DNA of 64,000 nt from a virus. The position numbers were made by a program, and so were the translations under genes. The stretch covers positions 5,175 through 69,174 of the IMG/VR virus record IMGVR_UViG_3300031707_000010. One strand, 5' to 3'. The first letter of the stretch is position 1. Each line of letters begins with the position of its first letter. Shown in pieces: positions 31,303 to 41,237 of this stretch. Below the pieces are notes generated by a model, which ran no database searches, was not told where the DNA came from, and worked only from the letters and a program-made list of their open reading frames with translations.

Positions 31303-34300
31303 TTATGATGATGTTGCTGAAAATCTTAATCTCAAGTCTGAATAATCTGTTATTGAATCTGCCTGTAAAGGAGTGAGGGTAAAGCTATCATCTGTCCAAG
31401 TGTTTGCTACATTATTTATAGTCTTCTCTGCAATTACATTTACACCTTGTCTTAACTGAACCGTAAAATCCATTACTCCTTGATTTGTACTCTTTTGAAA
31501 TCTAAATTTTACTTGATGTCCACTAGCAACTTGTGGATCTATCACTCCATTGAGCTTCACTTCACACCAGCTGTTACTTGGATTTTCTGGTGAATGAATA
31601 TAATCTGAATCGTTTGGAGGTTCTAATTCATCAATACAAGCATATAAATCAACTCCTATACTAGGTACCCAAGTCTGTGGATCTACATCTGAACCTGCAA
31701 AGATTTGAAGTGGATTAATATTTTCATCAAAACTCTCTTCAACTGTAATAGTATCTGATGCAATTGCAGAAAGGTTAGATACTTTACTTGCAACAGTCTC
31801 TGTAATACTCTGAGAATCTTCAACTGCTACTTTTAACGCTGATATCTTATTATCTAATATCTCTGTAATATTAACAGTATCAAATATAGATGCAACATTA
31901 TTTCCTTCAACTTTAGAACTAAGTGTTTCTGTAATTACTTTAACATCTTCAATAGATACTTTTAATCCACCTATAAGAAGAGCTACAGTCTCTATAATAC
32001 TTTGTTCATCATCTATAGAAACTAAATTGTTTCCACTTACTTTACTCGTTATAGTTTCTGTAATGCTTATAACATCATCTATAGAAACTATGAGATTGCT
32101 TATTTTGCTAGTTAAAGTCTCAGTTATTGATTCTGTTTCAAAGATACTTATAAGTGAATTTCCAACAACCTGTACATTTAATGTTTCAGTTATCGTTGTT
32201 GTATCGAATATAACAATGCCAGCTAAAGGCATTGCTATAATAATTGTCTCATTTACAGATACAACATCTTCAATAGAAACTTTATTAGCGCCAGTAACTC
32301 GTGTTATTACTTCTTCAATTGCTGTCTCTGTATCAAAAATCGAGGGCTTGTGAGCACCAACAACTTGCGTTAAAAGAGTTTCTACAACATTCTCTGTATC
32401 AAATATAGATATTAAATTAGAACCTACAACTCTTACTACGAGTGTCTCAGTAATTGATATTGAATCTTCTATAGGTATTGATAAATCTGCAATATCTCCA
32501 GCTAAAGTTTCTGTAATTGACTCTGTATCAAATATGGATACTTTTAATCCACTTATTAATTCTATTAAAGTTTCTGTTATAGTTTGAGAATCTTCTGTTA
32601 TTGCACCAAGAACACTACTAAGAATAACAGTTGTTTCTGTAACTGATTGTGTGTCTTCAGTTATTGCTAAATTTGCACTTAGCTTACCTAATAATGTTTC
32701 TATAATAGATTCAGTATCAGATACAGACGCTAAGTTTGCACCTGATACAAAACCTATTAAAGTTTCTGTAATTGATTCTGTATCACTTGTAGATGCTAAT
32801 ACACCGCTTATCTTGCCTATTAAAGTCTCTGTGATACTTTGAGAATCTTCAATAAGAATTGGTATATCTGCCACATCACCAAATAACGATTCTGTAATAG
32901 ATTCAGTATCAGACGCTATTGCACTTATAGATAACTTAAGCTGTAAAGTCTCTGTAACTGATACAGTATCATCTATAATTACACTACAATCTCCAACATC
33001 TCCATAAAGATTTTCTGTAATTGATTCTGTATCAGAAGCTACTCCACTAATAGATAACTTTAACGCTAAGGTTTCTGTTATAGACTGTGTGTCTTCTGCT
33101 ACTTGGTATATTCCAGAAGTGCCTGCATTTAAAGTTTCTGTTGTTGACTGTATATCTTCAACACCAACTTTAATAGCCGAAATTACAATACTTAAAGTTT
33201 CTGTTACATTCTGTGTATCTTCAGCATTAGCTTTAACTAAGGATACAATACCTAATACAGTTTCTGTAATTGTCTCAGTATCAAATATCGATATTGGAAG
33301 ATCTGATATGTCACCAACTAAGGTTTCTGTTATAGACTGTGTATCAAAAATACTTGGAAGAATAGATAACTTAGTAACTATCGTTTCAGTAGCTGTATTA
33401 CTATCTTCAATTGCTATCTTTAAAGCTGAAATTAATACAGTAAGAGTTTCTGAAATATTTTCTGTTTCACTTGTACTAGCATTAATTAAAATTCCAGCAA
33501 ACAAAGTTTCTGTAATAGACTCTGTATCAAATGTAGTAGCTGGTAAATCTGATATATCTCCTAATAAAGTCTCCGTTATACTCTGAGAATCAAATAAGCT
33601 TAGATTAACAGATAACTTTATGCTAATTGTCTCAGTTATAGATTGTATATCTTCTATTACTACTGAGCAGTCTCCAACATCTCCATAAAGATTTTCTGTT
33701 ATATTAATAGTATCTTGAGCAACTGCTGGTAAATCAGAGACATCGCCTAATAAAGTTTCTGTAATTGATTCTGTATCAAATATAGAAACTAAATTAGTTC
33801 CAAAAACTCCAGCTGTTATAGTTTCTGTAATTGATTCTGTATCAAAGATAGAAGGCTTATGAGCACCAACAACTAAACTGCTTAAAGTCTCAGTTACAGA
33901 TTGTATATCTTCAGCATTTGCTTTATTAGCACCAACGACTAAGCAAGTTAAAATCTCAGTTATTGTCTCTGTATCAAATACGATAACAGTAACATTTGAA
34001 GCTGTTTGTATTTCATCTATAGCATTTTCAGTATCTGATGTTAAAGCTAATATACCACTTACTTTTCCAGTTAAAGTTTCTATTATTGAATCTGTATCAA
34101 ATAACGAAGCTGGTAAAGATTCTCCTAAAGTGAGGGTTTCAGATGCTGATTCTGTATCGAATATAGATGTTAATACTGTTCCTATCTTAATATCAAATTG
34201 TTCTGTTGCTGTGTTAGAATCAAATATTGATACTAATAATCCACCTATTTTACTTGTTAAAGTCTCAGTTATAGATTCTGTATCAAAGATGGAGACTACA

Positions 34301-36096
34301 TTAGCACCAATAACCGCTACAGTTAAAGTCTCAGTTATACTTTGAGAATCTTCTATAGCTAATTTATGAGCACCAACAACTCTTGAATCTAAAGTTTCTG
34401 TTATTGACTGAGAATCAAATATACTAACAAGTAATCCACCAATTCTAACTGCTAATGTTTCTGTTATTGATTGAGAATCAAATATCAAAAATTCTATTTC
34501 TGTTTCGAGATTTAAAGTTTCTGTTATTGATTGAGAATCAAATATATTAACAAGTAATCCACTAATTTTGCTTGTTAATGTTTCTGTTATAGATTCAGTA
34601 TCTTCAGCTAAACTTACTAGAGAAAGTGTAGCTCCAACAGTTTCTGTAATTGTAGTCGTATCATCTTTTGATGCAAGTACCGTACCAACTTTAAGAGTTA
34701 AAGTCTCGGTTATTGATATGGAATCTTCTACTAAAGAAACCACATTTCCAATTTTAACAGCTAAAGTCTCTGTTGTAGACTGTGTATCAAATATAGATAC
34801 TAAGCTAGTGCCAAACACTCCGACTATTAAAGTTTCTGTTACACTTTGAGTATCGTCTTTAGTAGCATAATTAGTACCAAATATACCAGCAGTTAAAGTT
34901 TCTGTTATACTCTGAGTATCATCTTTTATAGCATAGTTAGTACCAAATACTGCTCCACTTAAAGTCTCTGTAGTAGAACGAGTATCTTCAGCATTAGCTT
35001 TTAAAGCGCTTATTAATGCTGTTAATGTCTCTGTTACTGATTGAGTATCTTCAGAGTTACATTTTAGACTACTTATTAATCCAGTTAAAGTTTCTGTAGT
35101 AGAACGAGTATCTTCAGCATTAGCTTTTAAAGCGCTTATTAATGCTGTTAATGTCTCTGTTATTGTTTCTGTATCAAAAATTGAGATTAAGCTAGTACCA
35201 AATACACCAGCTATTAAAGTTTCTGTAATTGATTCTGTATCAGATATAGAAACTAGATTAGTACCAAATACTCCACCTGTTAAAGTCTCTGTAATAGAAC
35301 GAGTATCTTCAGTATTACATTTTAATCCACTTATTAATGCTGTTAAGGTTTCTGTAATAGATTGTGTATCTTCAGCATTGCATTTTAATCCACTAACTAA
35401 AGCTGTCAAAGTTTCTGTAATTGTACAGCTATCTTGAACAGAGGTTATTTTAAGAGCAGATATTAATGTTGTTAAAGTCTCAGTTATCGTACAAGTATCA
35501 GAAACTCCAGGAATTCTATTAGCACCAACAACTAAAGCTGATAAAGTTTCAGTTATAGTAGTCGTACTAGAAGCAGTTGAAGTCTTTAAAGCAGAAATTC
35601 TAGCAGTAAGTGTCTCTGTAATAGAGGTTGTACTCGCTGCAGTTGAAGTCTTTAAAGCTGTAATAACCGCAGTAGTAGTCTCTGTTATGGTACAAGTATC
35701 AGATACATTAGCTACTTTAAGAGCAGTTATAACAGCAGTAAGAGTCTCTGTTGCAGATAATGTATCAGAAACATTTAAAGGAACTAAAGGATTTACTTTA
35801 GGTGCTAAAGTTTCTGTTAAAGTACAAGTATCTGATATAGAAGTTATTTTAAGTTCAGAAATTCTACTTGTTAAAGTCTCTGTTATTGTCGTAGTGCTAG
35901 AAGCTGTTGAAGTTTTAAGTCCACTTATTGTAGCTGTAAGAGTCTCTGTTATAGTACAAGTATCTTCTGCTGTTACATTTATAGGAACTGGAGCTATATA
36001 ACCGGCAGCTATGATTGGAACAAACAACGGAGCATCGACCGCCGTAAAAACGTCGGATTTGATCTGCGGTGGGTTTCTTACATAGCCAGTTGCCAT
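31303..36096 (-). CDS. Giant Thr/Ser-rich 21-aa repeat fibre-like protein (1597 aa) with C-terminal beta-sandwich
   Basis: Roughly 70 repeats of S-I-F-D-T-[EQ]-S-I-T-E-T-L..., then ~115-aa non-repeat domain. Confidence 0.8.
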   Translation of the reverse strand: MATGYVRNPPQIKSDVFTAVDAPLFVPIIAAGYIAPVPINVTAEDTCTITETLTATISGLKTSTASSTTTITETLTSRISELKITSISDTCTLTETLAPKVNPLVPLNVSDTLSATETLTAVITALKVANVSDTCTITETTTAVITALKTSTAASTTSITETLTARISALKTSTASSTTTITETLSALVVGANRIPGVSDTCTITETLTTLISALKITSVQDSCTITETLTALVSGLKCNAEDTQSITETLTALISGLKCNTEDTRSITETLTGGVFGTNLVSISDTESITETLIAGVFGTSLISIFDTETITETLTALISALKANAEDTRSTTETLTGLISSLKCNSEDTQSVTETLTALISALKANAEDTRSTTETLSGAVFGTNYAIKDDTQSITETLTAGIFGTNYATKDDTQSVTETLIVGVFGTSLVSIFDTQSTTETLAVKIGNVVSLVEDSISITETLTLKVGTVLASKDDTTTITETVGATLSLVSLAEDTESITETLTSKISGLLVNIFDSQSITETLNLETEIEFLIFDSQSITETLAVRIGGLLVSIFDSQSITETLDSRVVGAHKLAIEDSQSITETLTVAVIGANVVSIFDTESITETLTSKIGGLLVSIFDSNTATEQFDIKIGTVLTSIFDTESASETLTLGESLPASLFDTDSIIETLTGKVSGILALTSDTENAIDEIQTASNVTVIVFDTETITEILTCLVVGANKANAEDIQSVTETLSSLVVGAHKPSIFDTESITETITAGVFGTNLVSIFDTESITETLLGDVSDLPAVAQDTINITENLYGDVGDCSVVIEDIQSITETISIKLSVNLSLFDSQSITETLLGDISDLPATTFDTESITETLFAGILINASTSETENISETLTVLISALKIAIEDSNTATETIVTKLSILPSIFDTQSITETLVGDISDLPISIFDTETITETVLGIVSLVKANAEDTQNVTETLSIVISAIKVGVEDIQSTTETLNAGTSGIYQVAEDTQSITETLALKLSISGVASDTESITENLYGDVGDCSVIIDDTVSVTETLQLKLSISAIASDTESITESLFGDVADIPILIEDSQSITETLIGKISGVLASTSDTESITETLIGFVSGANLASVSDTESIIETLLGKLSANLAITEDTQSVTETTVILSSVLGAITEDSQTITETLIELISGLKVSIFDTESITETLAGDIADLSIPIEDSISITETLVVRVVGSNLISIFDTENVVETLLTQVVGAHKPSIFDTETAIEEVITRVTGANKVSIEDVVSVNETIIIAMPLAGIVIFDTTTITETLNVQVVGNSLISIFETESITETLTSKISNLIVSIDDVISITETITSKVSGNNLVSIDDEQSIIETVALLIGGLKVSIEDVKVITETLSSKVEGNNVASIFDTVNITEILDNKISALKVAVEDSQSITETVASKVSNLSAIASDTITVEESFDENINPLQIFAGSDVDPQTWVPSIGVDLYACIDELEPPNDSDYIHSPENPSNSWCEVKLNGVIDPQVASGHQVKFRFQKSTNQGVMDFTVQLRQGVNVIAEKTINNVANTWTDDSFTLTPLQADSITDYSDLRLRFSATSS
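31730..35980. repeat. Coding tandem repeat, ~63-bp period
   Basis: Recurring aaagt(t/c)tctgt(a/t)at..attctgtatc; near-identical ~78-bp copies at ~34959 and ~35085 (126 bp apart). Confidence 0.85.
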
Positions 36097-36097
36097 A

Positions 36098-36739
36098 TTA
36101 CGATGTCGCTACTTTTATAGTACCACCAAAACCCCGTTGATTTACAAACTGTGCTCCTGTACCAAAAGCACTGAAATCTAAAGGCAGATTAAATATACAC
36201 CGTTTCCACTGAACTGGAGTATTGCTATACATCTCTGCGCGAATTTCTCCCGGCTGCATTTCCCCTTTGAACGCTTTCACAGCGCAAATGCTTGGTTTAA
36301 ACCCTGTCGCTGGTGTCCACCAATTTATTGCGCCGGAATACATAGCACACAGATTGTTCGATGGAAAAGTGTAACTAAACCAATCATTCCCACTATCCAA
36401 AACTTTTGTAGCATTACCATTTAATCGCCCATAAAAATTATTGCCCATGGCATCATTATACACCTTGCCAGCGTACACTGAAAGATGATACCACACATCG
36501 TAAGATACACCATAATACACAAAACCTGTGGCAAGGTAGTTAACGCCAATTTCTCCACTTTCTATTCCTATTCTGAAAGAAAAATTAGTTGTATCATCAG
36601 AATGATTTATCATCCACAAATTTCCTTCTTCATTTATTGTACGCTTGAACCAAAACATGAACGTAAAATCCCCTGTAAAAAGGGGAAACGGCATGGTGGC
36701 TACATGCTTGAGCGAACTTGTATCACAATATATGGCCAT
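36098..36739 (-). CDS. LamG/concanavalin-like domain protein
   Basis: DFTFMFWFK, WYHLSV, I..V.AF...M...EI..EM. Confidence 0.65.
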   Translation of the reverse strand: MAIYCDTSSLKHVATMPFPLFTGDFTFMFWFKRTINEEGNLWMINHSDDTTNFSFRIGIESGEIGVNYLATGFVYYGVSYDVWYHLSVYAGKVYNDAMGNNFYGRLNGNATKVLDSGNDWFSYTFPSNNLCAMYSGAINWWTPATGFKPSICAVKAFKGEMQPGEIRAEMYSNTPVQWKRCIFNLPLDFSAFGTGAQFVNQRGFGGTIKVATS

Positions 36740-37176
36740 TATGCGCTCTGGTATCTGATCGGAACCATCTTCACGGTATTTCCTGAAGATGCCATTGCCT
36801 GCGCAGTATTGTTCTTCACATGAACCTTGAATTTCAATGGCGGTATCTTCACATGCTCTCTCAGCGTGATTCTTTGCGCCGTGTTCACATCCCGCAGAAC
36901 AAACGACCCAACAAAATTGCTTTCACTAACAACGGAACTCGACCCATCGGCATAATTTGTCGCATCAGGGCAGGACACAAGGTACAGATCGACCGTGGTG
37001 CCCAACACCGGAGCAGTACCGAATGTAACGTAAAGCTCAAACAACCCTTCAATATACAGATTGGTTTGATTGGCGTATTCTGTTCCGAGCGCACACAAAC
37101 TGCCTGCCCCAAGAGAGTTCATCTCCGTGGTGAGCATGGAAGCAATTGTTGTCACTTCATACTTGGTTGTCGCCAT
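36739..37176 (-). CDS. Putative virion structural protein
   Basis: 145-aa beta-rich ORF, RBS GGGTGA; LYLV...D..NY.DG, IPPLKFK...N...A. Confidence 0.6.
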   Translation of the reverse strand: MATTKYEVTTIASMLTTEMNSLGAGSLCALGTEYANQTNLYIEGLFELYVTFGTAPVLGTTVDLYLVSCPDATNYADGSSSVVSESNFVGSFVLRDVNTAQRITLREHVKIPPLKFKVHVKNNTAQAMASSGNTVKMVPIRYQSA

Positions 37177-37180
37177 AGGA

Positions 37181-37477
37181 TCACCCTATCGCAAAATTGT
37201 TGACGGCGGCATCCACAGCCGTTTGAATTTCCGCATCCGTTGCCGTGTCGCCTTTCGTGCGCAATGTCGCATCGAGCATGCACGCCCAGAACAACCTGTC
37301 GGTCATTCCTTCAGGACCAAGAATAGCGGTCTTTGCCCATATCACACGGTTGGCATGGTTCGCTGTCCCTGCGCTCTCAGCCATGATGTCCAGCGAAATT
37401 TTCGCAATGGCAACAGCCATGCGATTACGCACATCAGCATTGGACTTCAGATTGTATATGTCATTGTATACTGTCAT
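37181..37477 (-). CDS. Putative small virion protein
   Basis: RBS AAGGAGGT; E...TANHANR..WA...ATDAEIQTAV. Confidence 0.65.
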   Translation of the reverse strand: MTVYNDIYNLKSNADVRNRMAVAIAKISLDIMAESAGTANHANRVIWAKTAILGPEGMTDRLFWACMLDATLRTKGDTATDAEIQTAVDAAVNNFAIG

Positions 37478-37497
37478 AGTACCTCCTTTAAATAAAC

Positions 37498-37533
37498 AAA
37501 TGGCGCCCTTTAAATTAAAGGAGCGCCATTATT
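37498..37533 (-). terminator. Intergenic hairpin
   Basis: AATGGCGC(C/TC)CTTTAA inverted repeat between 37553 and 37477 genes. Confidence 0.5.
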
Positions 37534-37552
37534 TTCTCCTTTGTAAGGGCAA

Positions 37553-38320
37553 TTAATAAACCCTACCATAATTGTCGATATGCCCACATTTTATTCCTGT
37601 ATCAACAATAAAAGGGTTCTTACGATTGGCTACTTTTTTATACCCAGTCTTATGAAGCCATCCTTCATTCATAACACGAGTACACCACCACAAATCTTCA
37701 GTTCCACCTTGAATTTCATAAGTTCCAGTTTTTTCATTGTAAGTAGCTGACCTAGGAGTATGAAATACCTTACGAACTTTATCATTTCCTACTTGTATCT
37801 CTTCACTCTTTTCCCACATGGCTTTCAAAAGCTTAACTGAAATAAGAGTACAACCCATACCAAGTCCATCACACCAAACAGAGTCTCCTTGTTTCCATTT
37901 ACGAAAACTTCCATTACCTCTACCTCTATACACTAATGGATCTGGTGGATTACCTTTAATATGATACAGGCCTCCAACAACCGGATACTCTTCTCTGTGC
38001 ATCCACTCATTCATACGAATAAAAGTATCCGGAGGAAGAATAACATCGTGGTCAATAAATAGCAACCAATCGAAATTATTCTTTACGATGAAATCTACAG
38101 CAAGATTTCTAGCATCATCTACTGCATAAGATAAAGGCGAAAATGTATCAATCCAACGAATCAATTCTGCATTAGACCAATTCGCTGGTATAACCTGCCC
38201 ATATCTCGCTAACATCCACTCTGCTCGAACCAACCCAGTAAGAGGAATAGACACACATACTTTTCTTTGAATGGGCTTTCCAGACGGTTTGAGGACATTA
38301 TATCTTTTAAGTGTTTTCAT
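37553..38320 (-). CDS. Glycosyltransferase family 2-like protein
   Basis: ARN, DWLLFIDHD, VVGGLY, DGLGMGCTLI, TEDLWWC, CGHID; paralogous to 29453..30178. Confidence 0.88.
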   Translation of the reverse strand: MKTLKRYNVLKPSGKPIQRKVCVSIPLTGLVRAEWMLARYGQVIPANWSNAELIRWIDTFSPLSYAVDDARNLAVDFIVKNNFDWLLFIDHDVILPPDTFIRMNEWMHREEYPVVGGLYHIKGNPPDPLVYRGRGNGSFRKWKQGDSVWCDGLGMGCTLISVKLLKAMWEKSEEIQVGNDKVRKVFHTPRSATYNEKTGTYEIQGGTEDLWWCTRVMNEGWLHKTGYKKVANRKNPFIVDTGIKCGHIDNYGRVY

Positions 38321-38484
38321 CTCCCCATCCCATCTTTTGTCTTTACATCTTCTGAAACTCCTGCATTAAGAATTTTAGGAGGTTCTTTAGATTTTTCAGC
38401 TTCTCCATAATGAAACTCACACAATTTAACGACTATAAAAGTATCGTTATCTACAGTACAACCGCATGGCATTCTTTCTTGCAT
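38317..38484 (-). CDS. Hypothetical 55-aa protein with CGC...CEFH motif
   Basis: Manual translation MQERMPCGCTVDND...KLCEFHYGE...; overlaps both neighbours (TAATG, ATGA). Confidence 0.55.
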   Translation of the reverse strand: MQERMPCGCTVDNDTFIVVKLCEFHYGEAEKSKEPPKILNAGVSEDVKTKDGMGR

Positions 38485-39050
38485 TAGCGCCTCCGCTTTT
38501 CAAGAATTACTTCCAAATTACCATCACCCTTCCATGTTACCATCTCAATCTTCCATGGCTGAGGTGCATAATAATCATAGAGTTTATTGTGAACACCGAT
38601 TTGTTTTACTTCATAGATACCAGTTTTCTTATTCTTAATTTCTTTCCAACCCATAGCTTCTGGCATTGGATCAAAATAAAAGAATGTTACTTCATTAAAA
38701 GGATTGCAATGCGTAGGGTCTTGAACATATTGTTCATTAACCCCATAAGGACAGCCAATTGCGAGCTGTCCTTCTGGCTTCAATATCCTCCAAATTTCGT
38801 TAAATACGTCTAAAGTGAGCCACGGCTTGATATGCTCAAGCACGTGGCTCGCCATGACCGTAGTAACGGAATTGCTTTCAAATGGATAAGGTATATCTTC
38901 AATGTCGTGAACAACATCAACGCCATCGAGTTTACGTTTATCCATCCCGATCCAATGCGGACCACTTTTACGATCGCCACATCCGATATCGAGAAGAAAT
39001 GGAGTCAATAATTTGGACTTGGATTTCTTTATTTTCTTAGTCACAATCAT
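38484..39050 (-). CDS. Class I SAM-dependent methyltransferase (type 11-like)
   Basis: LDIGCG, PYPFESNSV, SHVLEHI, EIWRILKPEG, QDPTH. Confidence 0.9.
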   Translation of the reverse strand: MIVTKKIKKSKSKLLTPFLLDIGCGDRKSGPHWIGMDKRKLDGVDVVHDIEDIPYPFESNSVTTVMASHVLEHIKPWLTLDVFNEIWRILKPEGQLAIGCPYGVNEQYVQDPTHCNPFNEVTFFYFDPMPEAMGWKEIKNKKTGIYEVKQIGVHNKLYDYYAPQPWKIEMVTWKGDGNLEVILEKRRR

Positions 39051-39052
39051 CC

Positions 39053-39538
39053 TTACGGGAATTTGACTTGATAAGTGGCCGACACATCCTGATTGCTATT
39101 CCACTGCGAAGAGTTAAAGGTGTTACCAGCGAAAATTGAATTCGAGGACGCATTTCCGTAAAGACCAAGGGAGCTAATCGTTAACGGACACAGTGAACCA
39201 AACTGCGCCGAACCAAACGATGCTGTTGCCTGCATAGTACGGGAAGCAACAACCGATGTAGAAACTGCAATACGGTTGCTCGATCCGCCAATTTCAGCCG
39301 GCAAAGTCGTTGCAGCCGCTGCAGGAGCAGTTCCAGATCCAATAGCCATGTGCGTAACTCTCTTTGAGTTTGCACCAGCCACGAGATTCTCAACCAGATA
39401 ATACTGAGCACCTAAGTCAGTTATCTGATTTTTCTGCCAGCCGCTATCTCCAATAACCTTCCCATTCTCAAGAATGTTTATACGAAACATTCCATTCGCA
39501 TGAGCTACTTCTTTTACTGCACCCTTTTTGCGAGACAT
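39053..39538 (-). CDS. Tail-collar/fibre-base-like structural protein
   Basis: NQITDLG, THMAIGSG, TL..EI, I...GLY...S...F, TYQVKF. Confidence 0.65.
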   Translation of the reverse strand: MSRKKGAVKEVAHANGMFRINILENGKVIGDSGWQKNQITDLGAQYYLVENLVAGANSKRVTHMAIGSGTAPAAAATTLPAEIGGSSNRIAVSTSVVASRTMQATASFGSAQFGSLCPLTISSLGLYGNASSNSIFAGNTFNSSQWNSNQDVSATYQVKFP

Positions 39539-39565
39539 TTGATGTTCCTTCCTTTTTGTTGATTG

Positions 39566-40270
39566 TTATTTAAATGCGTTTCCTACTAAAAACGCTACAG
39601 TTGCAATTCCAGCACCTATTACTCCAGGAATAACCCAATTACTTGATTCTTGAGAAGTAGTTGGTTTTAAATTAATAGAAAATTCTGCATTCTTTTCTAA
39701 TATGTAAGGATTCGAATGAAGAATAAATCCACTTAGCACAAGGTCTTTTTGTTCCATTACTCCTATTGTGGTAGAATCTGGAATAGTGATGGAATGAATA
39801 TACAGCTTTGCTGAGCTACTATCAGTTCTAGTTGTTCCACTAAAGGAGTAATACCTATGAGTCGTATCAAATTTAGCAAACATATAACCATCTTTAAATG
39901 TAATCTTTCCTAAGAGCTCTAGATTTTCTATCTTTAATTCACCAATTGTCTTAGTTAAGAATAAAATTCTACCATCTTTCTCTTTAATATACTTGCTTAA
40001 CTCTTTATTTGATTTTATCTGAGCATTTAAATCTTCTTCTATTTTAGCATAACGGACTGAGATAACTTGCACTTCACCAATCAAAACTCTACGTAGACTA
40101 TCCGTTTTTGCTAACTCATTTTGTAGTGTTACGTTGGTATTACGAAGTGAGTTGTTCTCCAACTTCAGACGTATGGTAAAAACCACTAGTGCTATGACCA
40201 GTAGTGACACAACAAACAATGGGATATTTTTAGTATTAAAGATATCAGTAAATTTCATGTTAATCCTCAA
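39566..40270 (-). CDS. Spanin-like membrane protein
   Basis: N-terminal TM, coiled coil, beta region, C-terminal hydrophobic tail; follows putative endolysin. Confidence 0.5.
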   Translation of the reverse strand: MRINMKFTDIFNTKNIPLFVVSLLVIALVVFTIRLKLENNSLRNTNVTLQNELAKTDSLRRVLIGEVQVISVRYAKIEEDLNAQIKSNKELSKYIKEKDGRILFLTKTIGELKIENLELLGKITFKDGYMFAKFDTTHRYYSFSGTTRTDSSSAKLYIHSITIPDSTTIGVMEQKDLVLSGFILHSNPYILEKNAEFSINLKPTTSQESSNWVIPGVIGAGIATVAFLVGNAFK

Positions 40271-40679
40271 CTTTTATATGGACACTTGAGGAATTAACAA
40301 AAGGTGCAACTTTATTATAGAAACTAAAATACGCCACTCTACTATCTTCTAAAGAAAATGAATCTACGTGGGCATGAACTCCCCAACCTACTAAGATACA
40401 GCCTGCTGTATCTCTATTGAAATTTCCAGGATGAAACAAGATATACTCAAATTCTGGTACATCCATTACCCATAACATATGATGCCCAAGTCTAGGAGTA
40501 AACTTTGGGCTATATCTTAATCCTACTTTATAGTATCCAGCAGGAATTCTTGTTTCACCTGGAATTTTAGGATATGAAGCTTTATCTTCAAGAGTAAAGA
40601 CATCAAACACAGAATCAATTGACATTAAGCCAATTGTATCTTTCGGTGCATGAATTACTCTTTTAAGACCAAGTTCCAT
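40260..40679 (-). CDS. DUF5675-like putative endolysin (L,D-peptidase fold)
   Basis: TIG, TLED, TRIPAGYY, VPEFEYILFHPGN...DTAGCILVG, SR.A. Confidence 0.85.
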   Translation of the reverse strand: MELGLKRVIHAPKDTIGLMSIDSVFDVFTLEDKASYPKIPGETRIPAGYYKVGLRYSPKFTPRLGHHMLWVMDVPEFEYILFHPGNFNRDTAGCILVGWGVHAHVDSFSLEDSRVAYFSFYNKVAPFVNSSSVHIKVED

Positions 40680-40745
40680 ATTTTCCTCAATTGTTGGGGG
40701 CTAGAGAATCCTAGCCCCCTCGTCCACAGATAGCTCTAGGAGGCG

Positions 40746-41099
40746 TTAGGCTACTGGGGGCGGAGTCGGTGGCGTCTTTGCCATAGGCGGACGCAATTTT
40801 AAAAGCTCTAAAAGATATTGGACAAATGGAGTTGTAAACGACCAATTCGCCATTAATGCGGCTCCTAGTCCAATAACAGGCCCTGAGATGTAATCTGGTT
40901 GTGCGCCAATTACAGTAGGATCAGCAAACATTCCTAAATCTAAATATGCTCCTAAAGTTCCTACGAGTGCGCCAATAACAAGGGAACGAGCTTGTGATGC
41001 AACGCCTTCTAAGTCCCAAAATTTATCTACAAATTCGCTAAGAGCCAAAACTGCAGAAATCAAAACTGCGATGTTTACAAAAATTTCGTTCATGTTCAT
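40746..41099 (-). CDS. Putative holin
   Basis: 117 aa, three hydrophobic segments, directly upstream of endolysin; RBS GGAGG. Confidence 0.6.
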   Translation of the reverse strand: MNMNEIFVNIAVLISAVLALSEFVDKFWDLEGVASQARSLVIGALVGTLGAYLDLGMFADPTVIGAQPDYISGPVIGLGAALMANWSFTTPFVQYLLELLKLRPPMAKTPPTPPPVA

Positions 41100-41126
41100 A
41101 TAGCCTCCAAACGATTTTGGTTTAGT

Positions 41127-41162
41127 TATCCCGTTTCTCTTATTAGGAGAAACGGGATTTTT
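41127..41162 (-). terminator. Intergenic hairpin/terminator
   Basis: ATCCCGTTTCTC-loop-GAGAAACGGGAT inverted repeat. Confidence 0.6.
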
Positions 41163-41237
41163 AAAACCTTAAATGAAAAGATGCACCTTTTCATTGTAGA
41201 CACAAATTTTTCAAAGTATCTACAAAGAATGAACAGA

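Noticed and set aside
27457-36001. Plus-strand ORFs opposite the repeat proteins (e.g. 28510..29085, 33089..33586, 30683..31150)
   Set aside because: Antisense shadows of biased codon usage with no RBS or domain
26907-36096. Regular ~63-bp repeats as a CRISPR array
   Set aside because: Repeats are degenerate at synonymous positions and lie in long open frames; no cas genes
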